The notes under the pieces are model-generated. The model worked only from the letters and a program-made list of their open reading frames with translations. It was not told the DNA's origin and searched no databases. DNA of 64,000 nt, from contig NC_068987.1 in assembly GCF_001194135.2 (NCBI RefSeq), positions 90,379,716 through 90,443,715 of the forward strand. The letters are read 5' to 3'. Both the position numbers and the translations under genes were made by a program. This document shows positions 49,654-63,641 of this stretch, piece by piece; positions within the stretch are counted from its first letter, which is position 1; each line of letters begins with the position of its first letter. This DNA comes from Octopus bimaculoides (taxonomy: Eukaryota).

Positions 49654-50190
49654 ATACACTCACATATAAATATTTTTACACACACACACACACATACACT
49701 GACACATATATACAAACACCACACACTCTCACACACATACATACACGTATGTCAGCATGTGTGTGTGTATATATGTGAGTGTGTGTGCATGCATCTATGC
49801 ATTTATATATGTATACATGCATGAATATATGTATGCATGTATGTGTGTGTATATGTATGTACGTTTGTATGTATGTTTGTGTGTATGTATGTGTGTATGC
49901 ATGTATGAACGTATGCATGTATGTGTGTATATATGTGAGTGTGTATGTATGTATCTATGCATTTATATATGTATATATGCATGAATGTATGTATGCATGC
50001 ATGTATGTATGTGTGTATGTATGTACGTATGTATGTATATATGCGTGTATGTATATATGCACGTATGTATGTATGTATGTATCTTTGTATGTACATATGT
50101 ATGTATGCATGCATGTATGTTTGTATGTATGTATGTATGTATGCATGTATGTATGTATGCGTATATGTATGTATGCGTGTATGTATGTTG
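49654..50190. repeat. Compound (CA)n/(TATG)n microsatellite with an internal duplication of about 170 bp
   Basis: atatatgtgagtgtgt...atctatgcatttatatatgtat occurs at about 49770 and 49930. Confidence 0.95.
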
Positions 50191-50649
50191 TACCTGACCC
50201 TGAGATATGATATTTGTAGTTGTTAGAAGAGAGTAACAAACAACTAACCGAATCAATACGGTGCCAGGCTTCCAGCCAAAAGGTCAATAAATCACCAATA
50301 CTGCAATATGTCTATTGTCAAGACTATTGAATATTTGCTAGGTCAGTTCAGCTTACCATAAATAGGTACTATGCAGAAGTACAAAATGACTGTTATGAGT
50401 CAAGCAGACTCTCGGTGGCATCGCTGGGGTTGCGAAAAGTGGTTAGGGTTCGTAGCAGACCCAGTGGTGGAGCAGCTAGCTGCCTGGGGGCAGTGTTTAA
50501 GTCTTCTCCTGCACCCCCCCCCTATGGGGCATCTAGCTTAAAGAGGGGTTATATTGCAGATCCACAAGTGTCTAATCCCACCCCACCCCACCCTCCGTTT
50601 AAGTGTTGCTTGGAGTGGACATCTGCTACCTTGTTCTCCAGAAGTGAGG

Positions 50650-50860
50650 GGATGGGGGAAGGAGAGAGGGAGAGAGAGAAGAGACAGAGAGATGGGAGTC
50701 AGAGAGAGAAGGAGAGTGAGGAGAGAGAAAGAGTGTGTATGACAGAAGGTGAGAGAAAGCGAGAGAGAGGGAGGGAGAGGGGAGAAAGAGAGAGAGAGGT
50801 GAGAGATAAGTGCATGAGAAAGCTTGAAGGTGTGTGAGGAAGGGAGGGAGGGAGGAATCA
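50650..50860. repeat. GA-rich low-complexity tract
   Basis: Seen directly in the sequence. Confidence 0.9.
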
Positions 50861-51561
50861 TAGGTCTCTGGTCGTAGGCTACTGAGCAGACATTTCATCA
50901 AAGGTGTTCCAGCCATGACCTCCACATCGTATCTTTAGACATAGAGTCCAGTGGATTACATTAATTACTGTGGCCTTTTTTAATTAAATGGTGGCAGTTA
51001 TTGATTTGAGGGACATTTAGGACAACATTACCAAACGTGTTCCTTCTTTTTAAAGACGATAAGATGTCCCTTGAAGTAAATTTGGCTATTACTAATAGCA
51101 GGTCAAGCATCCATACAGAAATTCCCTAAAGTACATTTTAGGGTTTTTTTAATTTCAGGAGAACCCTGATTGAGCAAATCCCTGTTCAATACATTCCTGC
51201 ATTGATTTTATTCCCATGTGAACTCCCAATCACTTTATCCAATGGGTAACTTTTTTGAGACATTAGGGGTGAGTTGGAGGCCATTTGGCTGCTATTTCTT
51301 GCAGGTTGTGTTACCACAGAGAGGATCTTTCCTTGGATCAGCCAAAATACAGTGTTCCATATGAGTATTTTGTAGTTTACATCACAGTTCTAATGTTCTT
51401 GTGGCTACTACAAGGAGAAACAGTAGCAACTCAAGTGTAACTTCATCCAAGAGATTCTGAATTCAATGAAATCACCAAGAGTGGAATCTTCTTAAAGATC
51501 TTCAGTTTTAGGAAATAACTGCTTGTGTCATTCTATAGCTGGACTACTGGCTTGGGTCACG

Positions 51562-51564
<3 letters not shown>

Positions 51565-51633
<69 letters not shown>

Positions 51634-52180
51634 ACTCTCTTTCTCTCCTCATTCTTTTCTCTCTCCTCCTACTTTTTTCTCTCTTTCCTTTCTCTCTCTC
51701 ACCTCCTCTCTCTCCCCTTCTCTTTCTCTCCCCTCTCCTCTCTCTCTTTCTCTCTCCCCTCTCTTTCTCTCTCCCCTCTCTCCTCTCTCCTTTCTCTCTC
51801 CCCTCTCCTCTCTCTCTTCTCCCTCCTTTCTCTCTCTCCCCTCTCCTTTCTCTCCCCTCTCCTTTCTCTCCTCCTTTCTTTCTCCCCTCTCACTCCATCA
51901 CACACACACACTCTCTCTCTCTCCTCATTCTTTTCTCTCTGCTCTCTCTCCTCCTACTTTTTTCTCTCTTTTCTTTCTCTCTCCTCTCTCCCCTCTCTCT
52001 CTTTCTTTCTCCCCTCTCCTCTCCCTCTCCTTTCTCTCCCCTCTCCTTTCTCTCCTCCTTTCTCTCTCTTCTCCCACTCCATCACACACACACACCCTCA
52101 CTCCTCTCTTCCCCTCTCACTTTCCTCCACCTCTCTTTCCTCTTTCCCTCTCTCACTCCCATCTCCTTCACACACACACA
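51565..52180. repeat. CT-rich low-complexity tract with internal duplications
   Basis: ctcctcattcttttctctct and cactccatcacacacacac each recur. Confidence 0.9.
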
Positions 52181-54119
52181 AACAAGCCCTCATATATCTC
52201 ACCAAGATCTCATTGTTCCACACACCATTCCCATCCAAATAGTCGGCTACTGTCTTAATAAACAGTGATTAGTCTCTAATCACACTTCTACATGATAAAT
52301 TAGAGAAAGAGAGAGAGAGAGAAAGATACAATGCTGTAGGTGTGCAGGTGGTATATATATGCGTGGGTGGGGAGCTTAGTCTTTCAGGTGATTTGTCATC
52401 ATAAACGTAGGTGAAACTATTCGAAGGAGACATACTACAAAGGAGGTACAACCAGAAATCAACTAAAATAATAGTTGTAATCACAAGTATAAGGCTGCCT
52501 TTTATGTTGTTGCTTGACCTCTTAGAAATAGTAGCGAAATCTCGTTCAATTCTTAATATACTGTTTTAAATATCCAATGGTACATCTAGCAAAGTAGTCT
52601 CTGTCATAACCAAATAAAAATAAAGAATGGAATATCTTCAGGTACAGACCTGTTCTATGTAGTCACCAATCTGCTAGATATAGCAACCATATCTTCCTCA
52701 AATGACACACTATTATCTTAACATGTAAAACAGAGTTTGTGTGTGTGTGAGTCTCTGTGTGTGTGTGAGTCTGTGTGTGTGTGTGTGTGTGTGTTCTTTA
52801 TGGATTCGAAAAGTGAGTTGCCAATTTTGATGTATGCAGTATCAAATGATTCAGTAGTCTTTTGGCAACCAAATAACGTATATTTTTTACACAACTCTTT
52901 TTTACGACAAAACTAACCTTGAAAACAAGGTTGGGTTGCACAATTTTGAGGTCTTTAGCTAAGGGAGGCAACTCTGCTGGACACAATACTCGATTTAACA
53001 ACAAATGTAAACACACACACACACACACACATTAGGTGCAAGAATGACTGTGTGGCTGAGAAATTTGCTTCCCAACCACATGGTTCCATGTTCAGTCCAA
53101 TACATGTTTATGAAGAAGAGTTGTTTGCTTCATTCTCCTCATATGCCGATTCTGCCCATAAAAAAGGAACAAATGATATAATGTGGCTGAAGGTCATAAC
53201 ACCCAGGCAATTGCTAGTCTTAAATAAAAATGAACATAATGAACGAGAAACGCAATTTGATCAGTTAGAATATCTTTGAACATGAGACTGCTTGATCCCA
53301 GTTGACCTAAGACTAAGCAACACCAACATTGTTATATGTATGTAATTGTATAAAAATTACTGCTGATTGAAACAATATCGTTTTTATAAAACAACAACAA
53401 TCATAATAAGACCAGGCAAATAGGAAGCAAAGTACGTAAGCCCTGAAAATTCGTTTGATTAAATACAAGTTTTTGCGTCATCATTATCATCATCATCATC
53501 ATCTTCATCCTTTAACATGCATTTTCCATGCTGGCATGAGTTGGATGGGTTGAAAGGAGCTGGCAAAATCACCCCCGAGCCTTTATTTATAGAAATTGCT
53601 TTTTCATTCAGTTTAATGTCGGAACAGTGTTTACCTATTTAGATTCAATGTTATCTTTTCTACTCTAGGCACAAGGGCCAAAATTTTGGGGGGAGGAGAC
53701 TAGTCAATTAGATTGACACCAGCACACAACTGGTACTTAATTTATCGACCCCAAAAGATGAAAGGTAAAGCTGACCTCAGTAGAATTTGAACTTTAGTTC
53801 CAATGTTATAGCTACATAATTTAGTATTTTTAAATTCCTATTTCATTGCAATTTAACAGTTGAACTGCATTGATCTCCTAGTAGTCTTTTCCAAAGCTTA
53901 TCCATATCACATTTCTTTTATTCACACACCATCCAGTGAACCAAACCCTGTGCTATTCTTCCTTAAGTATACTTGAAATGAAAAGGTCAAAGAGATACAA
54001 TATTTCCAGACCATCATAATGAGTTCCTCTCTATACTTCATAGTCTTGGAGGAATTATCATCCAATAGCGATCATTTCTAGCATTCATTAGAATCTAAAA
54101 ACTAGACTCAGTTATCTTT

Positions 54120-54690
54120 TATCCTTTGCTTATTTAAGTCGTTTGGTGGTGGGCATGCTGGGGCACCACCTTGAAGGGCTTAATTCAACAAATCAACCCC
54201 AATACCGATTTTTAAATCAGGTACTTAACCTATCGGTCTCTTTGCCAAACCACTAAGTCATGGGGATGTAAACAAACCAACACCAATTGTTAAGCAGTAG
54301 GTGAGACAAATACACACATGATGGGCTTCCACACAGTTTCCTTATTTCTTTATTGCCTACAAGGGGCTAAATATAGAGGGGACAAACAAGGACAGACAAA
54401 GGGATTAAGTCGATTACATCAACTTCAGTGCGTAACTGGTACTTTATTTATCGACCCTGAAAAGCTGAAAGGCAAAGTCGACCTCAGAAGAATTTGAACT
54501 CAGAACATAACTGAAGACGAAATACCGCTAAGTATTTCGCTCGGCTTCCACACAGCTTCTATCTATCAATTTCACTCTTAGGGCATTTATCTGCCAGGGG
54601 CTACAGTAGAAGACATTGCCTAAGGTGCCATGCAGTGGGGCTGAACCTGAAACCATGTGGTCACAAAACAAGTTCCTTAACCACACAGCC
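54120..54690 (-). mobile_element. SINE family A copy interrupted by a family B copy (54342-54545)
   Basis: The A body ending acacagtttc resumes as cacacagcttc after the B insertion. Confidence 0.75.
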
Positions 54691-55462
54691 ATACTGACAT
54701 CTGTTTTACCAAATTGTAGAACTTGCAGGAGAATACAAGGACCAATGATAAAAGCCATAATAGCAAATTGAATAAACCTGCAAGTGGGTTTACTGGTAAT
54801 TCTATAAAATCTCTTGATAATGGCGCTGCTTCAGTTCCATTGCATTAAGTTTGTGACTCATAAAATTCTTGAGTTTACGAAATCTTGTAAGTACTTGGTA
54901 ACTACGATCAGTCCACTTTTCATGGGACTTTTCAGCATTGATTGAGAATTATTGGTGGAATTATCTGTGATTCTTTTGATTTAAGAGTGACTTGTATTGA
55001 TTGAAGTGTTCAATATGGTCATCTGGTTTGAACAAATCTTCTCTCCTTACGCATGTTTATATTTATACATGCATGTATGTATATGTGCATGTGTGGTGTG
55101 CATTATATGTACATATGTGTATGTATATGTGTGTATGCATGCATGCATGTGTGCACGTGTGTATGCACAAACACACACATACATGTATATGTATACGTAT
55201 ACACATATCTGTGACTTCATCATTTAACATCCGCTTTTCCATGCTGATATGTGTCAGACAGAATTTGTTGAGGAAGATTTTTTACAACCGTCTGCTCTTT
55301 TCTGTTGGCGACCCTCACCTGCTCCCAGGCCAGACATGTTTTCATGGAAGACTGGAAATGTATAGTCTTGCTTGTATAACAATGATACTCATTATTCAAT
55401 TAACATTACCTCACAACCTACCTAACTACCTAAATACAAATATATGTATATATATGCGTGCA

Positions 55463-55513
<51 letters not shown>

Positions 55514-56468
55514 NNNNNNNNNNNNNNNNNNNNNNNNNNNNNNNNNNNNNNNNNNNNNNNNNNNNNNNNNNNNNNNNNNNNNNNNNNNNNNNNNNNNNNN
55601 NNNNNNNNNNNNNNNNNNNNNNNNNNNNNNNNNNNNNNNNNNNNNNNNNNNNNNNNNNNNNNNNNNNNNNNNNNNNNNNNNNNNNNNNNNNNNNNNNNNN
55701 NNNNNNNNNNNNNNNNNNNNNNNNNNNNNNNNNNNNNNNNNNNNNNNNNNNNNNNNNNNNNNNNNNNNNNNNNNNNNNNNNNNNNNNNNNNNNNNNNNNN
55801 NNNNNNNNNNNNNNNNNNNNNNNNNNNNNNNNNNNNNNNNNNNNNNNNNNNNNNNNNNNNNNNNNNNNNNNNNNNNNNNNNNNNNNNNNNNNNNNNNNNN
55901 NNNNNNNNNNNNNNNNNNNNNNNNNNNNNNNNNNNNNNNNNNNNNNNNNNNNNNNNNNNNNNNNNNNNNNNNNNNNNNNNNNNNNNNNNNNNNNNNNNNN
56001 NNNNNNNNNNNNNNNNNNNNNNNNNNNNNNNNNNNNNNNNNNNNNNNNNNNNNNNNNNNNNNNNNNNNNNNNNNNNNNNNNNNNNNNNNNNNNNNNNNNN
56101 NNNNNNNNNNNNNNNNNNNNNNNNNNNNNNNNNNNNNNNNNNNNNNNNNNNNNNNNNNNNNNNNNNNNNNNNNNNNNNNNNNNNNNNNNNNNNNNNNNNN
56201 NNNNNNNNNNNNNNNNNNNNNNNNNNNNNNNNNNNNNNNNNNNNNNNNNNNNNNNNNNNNNNNNNNNNNNNNNNNNNNNNNNNNNNNNNNNNNNNNNNNN
56301 NNNNNNNNNNNNNNNNNNNNNNNNNNNNNNNNNNNNNNNNNNNNNNNNNNNNNNNNNNNNNNNNNNNNNNNNNNNNNNNNNNNNNNNNNNNNNNNNNNNN
56401 NNNNNNNNNNNNNNNNNNNNNNNNNNNNNNNNNNNNNNNNNNNNNNNNNNNNNNNNNNNNNNNNNNNN
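55514..56468. other. Assembly gap (largest of six: 29681-29973, 37283-37474, 40526-40839, 55514-56468, 59144-59483, 61554-62089)
   Basis: Runs of N, mostly flanked by (TA)n or (TG)n. Confidence 1.
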
Positions 56469-56499
<31 letters not shown>

Positions 56500-56788
56500 C
56501 ACACACACACACACACACATATATACATGCACACATGATAGCTGCAACTCAAGCTTCAAGCAATGTCATTCTGTGATTGTTCTCTTAAAGCATCACAGAT
56601 GTCACCTTGTTAAGGACCTGCACATTTTTGCACGGAAGGGGCAATGAAGGACACTTCTTGCAAAGAGTTTATGACCCACCCACCCTGACACATGCCTATA
56701 TTCCATCTTGGAATTTTTCATTGAATGTCCTAACTTTCTCACTTATGACCAGTCATAGTTTGTAACACGTAAATAGGTTTATAAATCA

Positions 56789-57144
56789 TGGCACTCCGTC
56801 TGTTATGACAACGATGGTTCCAATTGATCTGAAATTAATGTGTAAGTGGTTGAGTACTCCACAGACATGTGTACCCTTAATGTAGCTCTCAGGGATATTC
56901 AACGTGACACAGTGTGACAAGGCTGGCCCTTTGAAATACAGGTACAACAGAAACAGGAAGAAAGAGTGAGAGAAAGTTGTGGTGAAAAAGTACAGCAGGG
57001 TTCACCACCATCCCCTGCCAGAGCCTCGTGGAGCTTTAGGTGTTTTCACTCAATAAACACTCACAACGCTCAGTCTGGGAATCAAAACCGCGATCCTATG
57101 ACCGCGAGTCTGCTGCCCTAATCACTGGGCCGTTGTGCCTCCAC
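56789..57144 (-). mobile_element. SINE family C, full length
   Basis: Reverse complement of 6779-7160. Confidence 0.85.
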
Positions 57145-57564
57145 ATTTTATAAATAGAGATATTAAAAATCAAGTAATCCCTGGACCTGAAGCTTTCTAA
57201 AGTGAGGAAAGCCTTTGCACAAGGCCAATTACAGTCTCTGAACAACATATTCATTTGTTCAAAAAGTAGAACTAGTCTACATCATTGGATGCAAATAATG
57301 GCACAAGTGTTACATCAGGGTTTTCCTTCTCCAAGAGAAATGGTCTAAACAAAGGTTTGGGGTTTCTTACTCCAAGCTGTTGGATAACTTTTGATTCTTC
57401 TGAACTCATCTGTCCTTTGATAGGTTTGGGTTTTCATCCTGTAGGGTGTCCAGCAAAACCCACCCTCCTTATCAACCAAATGTGATAGGGTTGCCAGTTT
57501 AGCCACCGACAGTTCAACCACACAAGTTCTACTACTTTACATGTCACTAATAGCATTAAGACTG

Positions 57565-57763
57565 ACAGACACATACACATATATGTACATACATACATCA
57601 ATCCATCCATCCATACACACATACATACATACATACACATCCATATATATACGTGCACACGTCTTACATATCACCCATTTATCTATCTGTCTATCTATCT
57701 ATCTATCTATCTACCTATCTATTTATCTATCTATCTATCAATATGGTTATTTATCTGTCTATA

Positions 57764-57803
<40 letters not shown>

Positions 57804-58055
57804 CATGTGTATCTGAAACAAAATGGATTCTTGTTGGATTTTTTTCATAAAGCATACCTACCTATCTACCTACCTACCTACCTACCTACCTACCTACCTA
57901 TCTATCCATCCATCTTTCTATCAATCTATCCACCAGCAGTTAGCTTGTCAATCTACCTATCTATCTGACTATCATTCTATCTTTAATATACAAGCACACA
58001 CACATATAGTCACACATATAGACACACACACAGGCACAAACACACACACGCATGT
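57565..58055. repeat. Compound (CATA)n/(ATCT)n/(GT)n/(CCTA)n microsatellites
   Basis: Seen directly in the sequence. Confidence 0.9.
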
Positions 58056-58479
58056 AAGCATTTAAGCTATCCGTACATATCAACCTATCCACATAAATAT
58101 TTCATTTCCTACTAATGTACATTAGAGTATGTCTTTCATAAAAGACCTCTTCCTGCAGCAATTTCAGGTTTCCTATAAATATCAATGCTGATACTCATAT
58201 AAATATTGTGATATTGAACACGTACGTGCACTGTTGCAAAGATGCAGCCAATATGATTATGTGGATTTGCATTAAAAATATTACTTTCCCTCCTAAATTT
58301 ATATTTTGTATTTCAATGAGATATCTTCTTCATTTTTAGAATAATAACTCATTGCTATGACTAACATTTATTATTGGCAGTAGAGAGACGTGGCTGTGTG
58401 GGAAGAAGTTGGCTTTCCAACCACCTAGATTTGGGTTCAGTTTTGCACGGTGACATCTTGGGACAAGCGTCTTCATGTC

Positions 58480-58785
58480 TTCAGTGGTTTAGAGCATTGG
58501 TCTTGCAGTCATGAGGCTGTGTGTTCGATTCCCAGATCAGGCTGTGTGTTGTGTTCTTGAGAAAGACACTTTATTTCATGTTGCAGCAGTTCACTCAGCA
58601 GTAGAAATGAGTCGCGACGTCACTGGTGCCAAGCTGTATCGGCCTTTGCCTTTCTCTTGGATAACACTGGTGGCATGGAGAGGGGAGGCCGGTATGCATG
58701 GGCGACTACTGGTGTTCCATAAACAACCTTGCCTGGACTTGTGCCTTGGAGGGGAACTTTCTTGATGCAATCCTATGGTCACTCA
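58480..58785 (+). mobile_element. tRNA-headed SINE family D
   Basis: cagtggtttagagc A-box, gtgttcgattccc B-box, CORE-like gttcttgagaaagacactttatttc. Confidence 0.7.
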
Positions 58786-58883
58786 ACCCCAAGATGACCA
58801 AAGCCTTGTGAGTCAATTTGATATACAGAAACTGATAAACGCCCAGCATATATATATATACACACACACAAACACACACATAA

Positions 58884-58921
<38 letters not shown>

Positions 58922-59734
58922 TCTTTTATTCTTTTACTTATTTCAGTCATTTGACTGCAGCCATGCTGGAGCACCGTCTTTAGTCAAAGAAATCGACCCC
59001 AGGACTTTGCAAGCCTAGTACTTATTCTATCAGTCTCTTTTTGCCAAACTGCTAAGTTATGGGGACGTAAACACACCAATATCGATTGTCAAGCAATGCT
59101 GGAGGGAGAAACACAGATACACAAACTTATATATGTGTTTGTGNNNNNNNNNNNNNNNNNNNNNNNNNNNNNNNNNNNNNNNNNNNNNNNNNNNNNNNNN
59201 NNNNNNNNNNNNNNNNNNNNNNNNNNNNNNNNNNNNNNNNNNNNNNNNNNNNNNNNNNNNNNNNNNNNNNNNNNNNNNNNNNNNNNNNNNNNNNNNNNNN
59301 NNNNNNNNNNNNNNNNNNNNNNNNNNNNNNNNNNNNNNNNNNNNNNNNNNNNNNNNNNNNNNNNNNNNNNNNNNNNNNNNNNNNNNNNNNNNNNNNNNNN
59401 NNNNNNNNNNNNNNNNNNNNNNNNNNNNNNNNNNNNNNNNNNNNNNNNNNNNNNNNNNNNNNNNNNNNNNNNNNNNNNNNNNNATATATATATATATATA
59501 TATATATATACTTATGGTTGTGCATACAAGGTACGCAAAAAACACATACGTGAACTCACATACACAAACACATTCCTACACACACATATTCAAATATGCA
59601 TACATACATATATGTCTATACATACAAACCCTCAATTATCTAACAAGGTACACCACCGTTTTGACTGGTATAACTCTTTTATGTTCCCCAGAATAGATAA
59701 TCTAGTGCAAAATGTGAATAAAAATATACTTAGG

Positions 59735-59914
59735 CGTAGGGAGTGGCTGTGGGGTAAGAGGGTAGCGTCCCAATTACATGGTTCCAGGTTGAGCCCTGCT
59801 CTGTGGCACCTTGCACAAGTGTCTTCTGATATAGCCACAGGCCAGCAAAAGTTTTGCCAGTGGATTTGGTTGATGGAAACTAGAAGAATCCCATCAATGG
59901 GGGGTATGTATGTA

Positions 59915-59945
<31 letters not shown>

Positions 59946-60135
59946 TCTGTGTGTGTGTGTTTGTGTTTGTGTTTGTCCTCAGCACTGCTCGACAACCAGC
60001 GTTGGTTTGTTTACATCGCCCAAAGAGAACCCCAGTATAAGCAGCAAGCTTAAAAAGAAACATAGGGTTGATTCATTCAGCTAAAAATTCTTCAAGGCAC
60101 TGCCCCAGCATGGCCACAGTCATGTATAAAATAAA
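59735..60135 (+). mobile_element. SINE family A full-length copy
   Basis: Head gagtggctgtggggtaagagg, internal (TATG)n, tail cccagcatggccacagtc. Confidence 0.8.
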
Positions 60136-62176
60136 AGATAAAATATCATAGATATTTTTGGAGCATAATATGTAAAATTCATTACAATTTTTCAATTATT
60201 AATTCATGCATTGGCACTTACTAAACTTGGTGAGTGCCAATGCATGGAACTCTCAGCTGTTGAGTCAATCTCTAACTTCTGTTGCTTAGTAACAACAAAA
60301 AGTACACAGACTGTTGTTTTGGGTTTTCTTTTTCTTTCCTGCCACCAAATCTAGAATTCATTACACAGAGTGCTACGACTGCAAGTCAACAGACATGGCT
60401 TATAGTAAAATGATATACGATAATATAGAAGCACTGGAGTGGCTGTATGGTAAGAAGCTTGCCTACCAACCACATGGTTTGAGGTTCAGTCCCACTGCAT
60501 GGCACCTTGGGCAAGTGTCTTCTACTATAGCCTCGAGACAACCAAAGCCTTGATAGTGGACTAGTAGTGTTCCTTCAGCTGGATGCTCTTCCTAAAAACA
60601 GGTTTCTTTCAGTTTCTGTCTACAAAATCCATTCACAAGGCTTTAGTCAGCCCAAGTCTACAGTAGGGGACACTTGCTCAAGGTGCCACTCAGTTGGACC
60701 GAACCTGGAACCATGTGGTTTGGAAGCAAGCTTCTTACTACACAGCTACGCTTTGTATTTGGAGCATACTGTATAGAAGTTATTATACCAGGAGTTGTAG
60801 ACTTCCAAATCCACAATCAACACACATAATCATATAAGTATATGGATTAGGCTTATCTTATGGTTGGATCCTAGTTTCACCAGAAATATCACAAGAAACA
60901 TGTTGAATTTAGCTTATAAGTATATTGGCATTTGTTGGAAAAGTAGCAGAGAGTTATAGGAAGAAATTCACGACATGGAAAAGCTATCAATTTATGAAAA
61001 TGTTCTCAGCTATCTTCGTGTCATGGGATATTGGAAGATACACAGTCATCTGATGACAAAAAGCTCCTAATTCATATCATGGTTGATGAGAAGCTACGAC
61101 AATCGTCTCATACCTTTGCGTAGATTTCAGCACAGAGAAAATGGCTCAGAATCAAATTGAAAACAGAATCAAATTTAAATTCAAATCGAGATGGGAATTT
61201 TTCGGTTGTTGATTTGTGATTCTACATGTTTGACTCTTTTGCATGGCATCAGGAGCAAATATGTCTTTCACCATTGTGTCGAGTTAACTTAAAATGTTGC
61301 AAATGAAATTTTGTAGGAAGAAAAAGTGAAAAAAAAAGACTGTTTGGATTCATGTATTGCGTCACACTGACTCAACCTGAGAATTTTGGAAGAATTTTGG
61401 AATGGTACACATGCTAGTGGAATATTCAGCTACTTATGTGTTAATTCAATGAGTGAGCTGTTCCATTAGGATGAACAGCTGGAGCACTTACGGTCAAAAC
61501 CAACACAAATCCCATGTGTGTGTGTATAAAGATACATATATATATGCATATATNNNNNNNNNNNNNNNNNNNNNNNNNNNNNNNNNNNNNNNNNNNNNNN
61601 NNNNNNNNNNNNNNNNNNNNNNNNNNNNNNNNNNNNNNNNNNNNNNNNNNNNNNNNNNNNNNNNNNNNNNNNNNNNNNNNNNNNNNNNNNNNNNNNNNNN
61701 NNNNNNNNNNNNNNNNNNNNNNNNNNNNNNNNNNNNNNNNNNNNNNNNNNNNNNNNNNNNNNNNNNNNNNNNNNNNNNNNNNNNNNNNNNNNNNNNNNNN
61801 NNNNNNNNNNNNNNNNNNNNNNNNNNNNNNNNNNNNNNNNNNNNNNNNNNNNNNNNNNNNNNNNNNNNNNNNNNNNNNNNNNNNNNNNNNNNNNNNNNNN
61901 NNNNNNNNNNNNNNNNNNNNNNNNNNNNNNNNNNNNNNNNNNNNNNNNNNNNNNNNNNNNNNNNNNNNNNNNNNNNNNNNNNNNNNNNNNNNNNNNNNNN
62001 NNNNNNNNNNNNNNNNNNNNNNNNNNNNNNNNNNNNNNNNNNNNNNNNNNNNNNNNNNNNNNNNNNNNNNNNNNNNNNNNNNNNNNNNNTTTATCTATTT
62101 TATTCATTTTAAGTATTTATTTATTTAATTTGGTTATTTTTGCTTTCAATTGTAATTTCATCAATGTTGCAACTGT

Positions 62177-62177
62177 G

Positions 62178-62269
<92 letters not shown>

Positions 62270-62772
62270 TTGATGAGGATGGTGAAGGGGAGGAGGAAGA
62301 GAAGGAAGAAGAGAAGGAGAAGAAGGTGAGAAAGATTATGAATGAAGATAATGGCTGTGGCATTGGTGGTGGTGGTGGTAGTGGTGGTGGTGAAAATGTT
62401 GTTGATGATGATGATGAGGATGCTGCTGATGATGACAAGAGTGGGATGGGGTGGGGTGGAGTGGGGGGGTCGATGTTGTTGGAGATGTCAGTTATGACCT
62501 GGGTTGTGATGAGGCTAACATGATAAGGATCAAAATCAGGTCCATTATTATAACAGGATGAAAACGATTATCATCATCATTATTACCACCACCATCATTT
62601 CAACAACGTATTCATCACCATTATCACCACCACCACCACCACCACCACCACAAACAACAACAACATCGTCATCATCATCATCATCATCATCATCATTATT
62701 ACCACCACCATCATTTCAACATCGTATTCATCACCATTATCACCACCACCACCACAAACAACAACAACATCG

Positions 62773-62805
<33 letters not shown>

Positions 62806-62915
62806 ATATCATGGTTACCACAATCACGAAGGTTATGTCAATTGTTCTGATGATGATGATGATGTATGTATTAGCTTATATTTATTTGTGTTGTTGTTGT
62901 TGTTGTTGTTTAGCC
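62177..62915. repeat. Trinucleotide repeat complex (GAT/GGT)n ... (CAT/CAC/CAA)n ... (GAT)n(GTT)n
   Basis: Seen directly in the sequence. Confidence 0.9.
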
Positions 62916-63641
62916 CCAGGTCAGCTCTGGTCAAGCAGATTTAGGCTCAATAGTATTCCAGTAATGACCATCCCTTCTTATATTTCAGGCAATCTATCCA
63001 GAACCACATTAATCAGTTGTGTCCTTCCTTTTTTATTACAGTGTAGTATGGTTCGAGAGAAATTTGACTGTCATTTCAAGCAAATCAATTACTCTGTCAA
63101 ATGTAATGCTCATTTATCCATGTTGTTTTCAATTAATCCTGGATTATCTCGTAGCTTTGAGATTTTGATGTGACTATTTATTTTCCAACTGACATTGTAG
63201 GATAGCTGTGAGAGGCCAGATCTGGCCATATGGCTAGTTTAAATGTTAAAGGGTTATATTTGAAGAATCAGTTGTTGACTTTCAAATAAAGGAGTCAATA
63301 AGCTGTTAGATGCCAAGAAAAACATGTTGTGTATTAAGGGAATGATTCATAACAATTGGCCAAACGTTACACTTAACGAGAGCTTATCAAATGATAAGCT
63401 GGATAAGTTGTAAGTCCTGCAAATTGTCGTGCATTGGTGCAAAATGTGACTGTGTGGTTAAGAGGTTTCCTTCCCAAATCACATGGTTCCAGGTTCAGTC
63501 CCATTAGGTGACACTTTGAGCAAGTTTCTTTTATTATAGCCACAGGTCAACCAAAGACTCGTAAGTGGATTTGGTAAACAGAAACTGAAAGAAGCTTGTT
63601 GTATGCATACATACACACACACATTGATATATATATCATCA

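Noticed and set aside
49676-52268. ORFs of 95-247 aa rich in CVCM, HTYI, SLSL or ERER
   Set aside because: They are translations of stop-free microsatellites; the same applies at 11207-11785, 33908-34321 and 57541-58065.
52269-52484. Minus-strand acceptor followed by MSPSNSFTYVYDDKSPERLSSPP
   Set aside because: No donor, it runs into a CT microsatellite, and there are no partner exons.
29558-62128. Long ORF-track entries full of X (up to 548 aa)
   Set aside because: They run through N-gaps and flanking dinucleotide repeats and carry no coding information.
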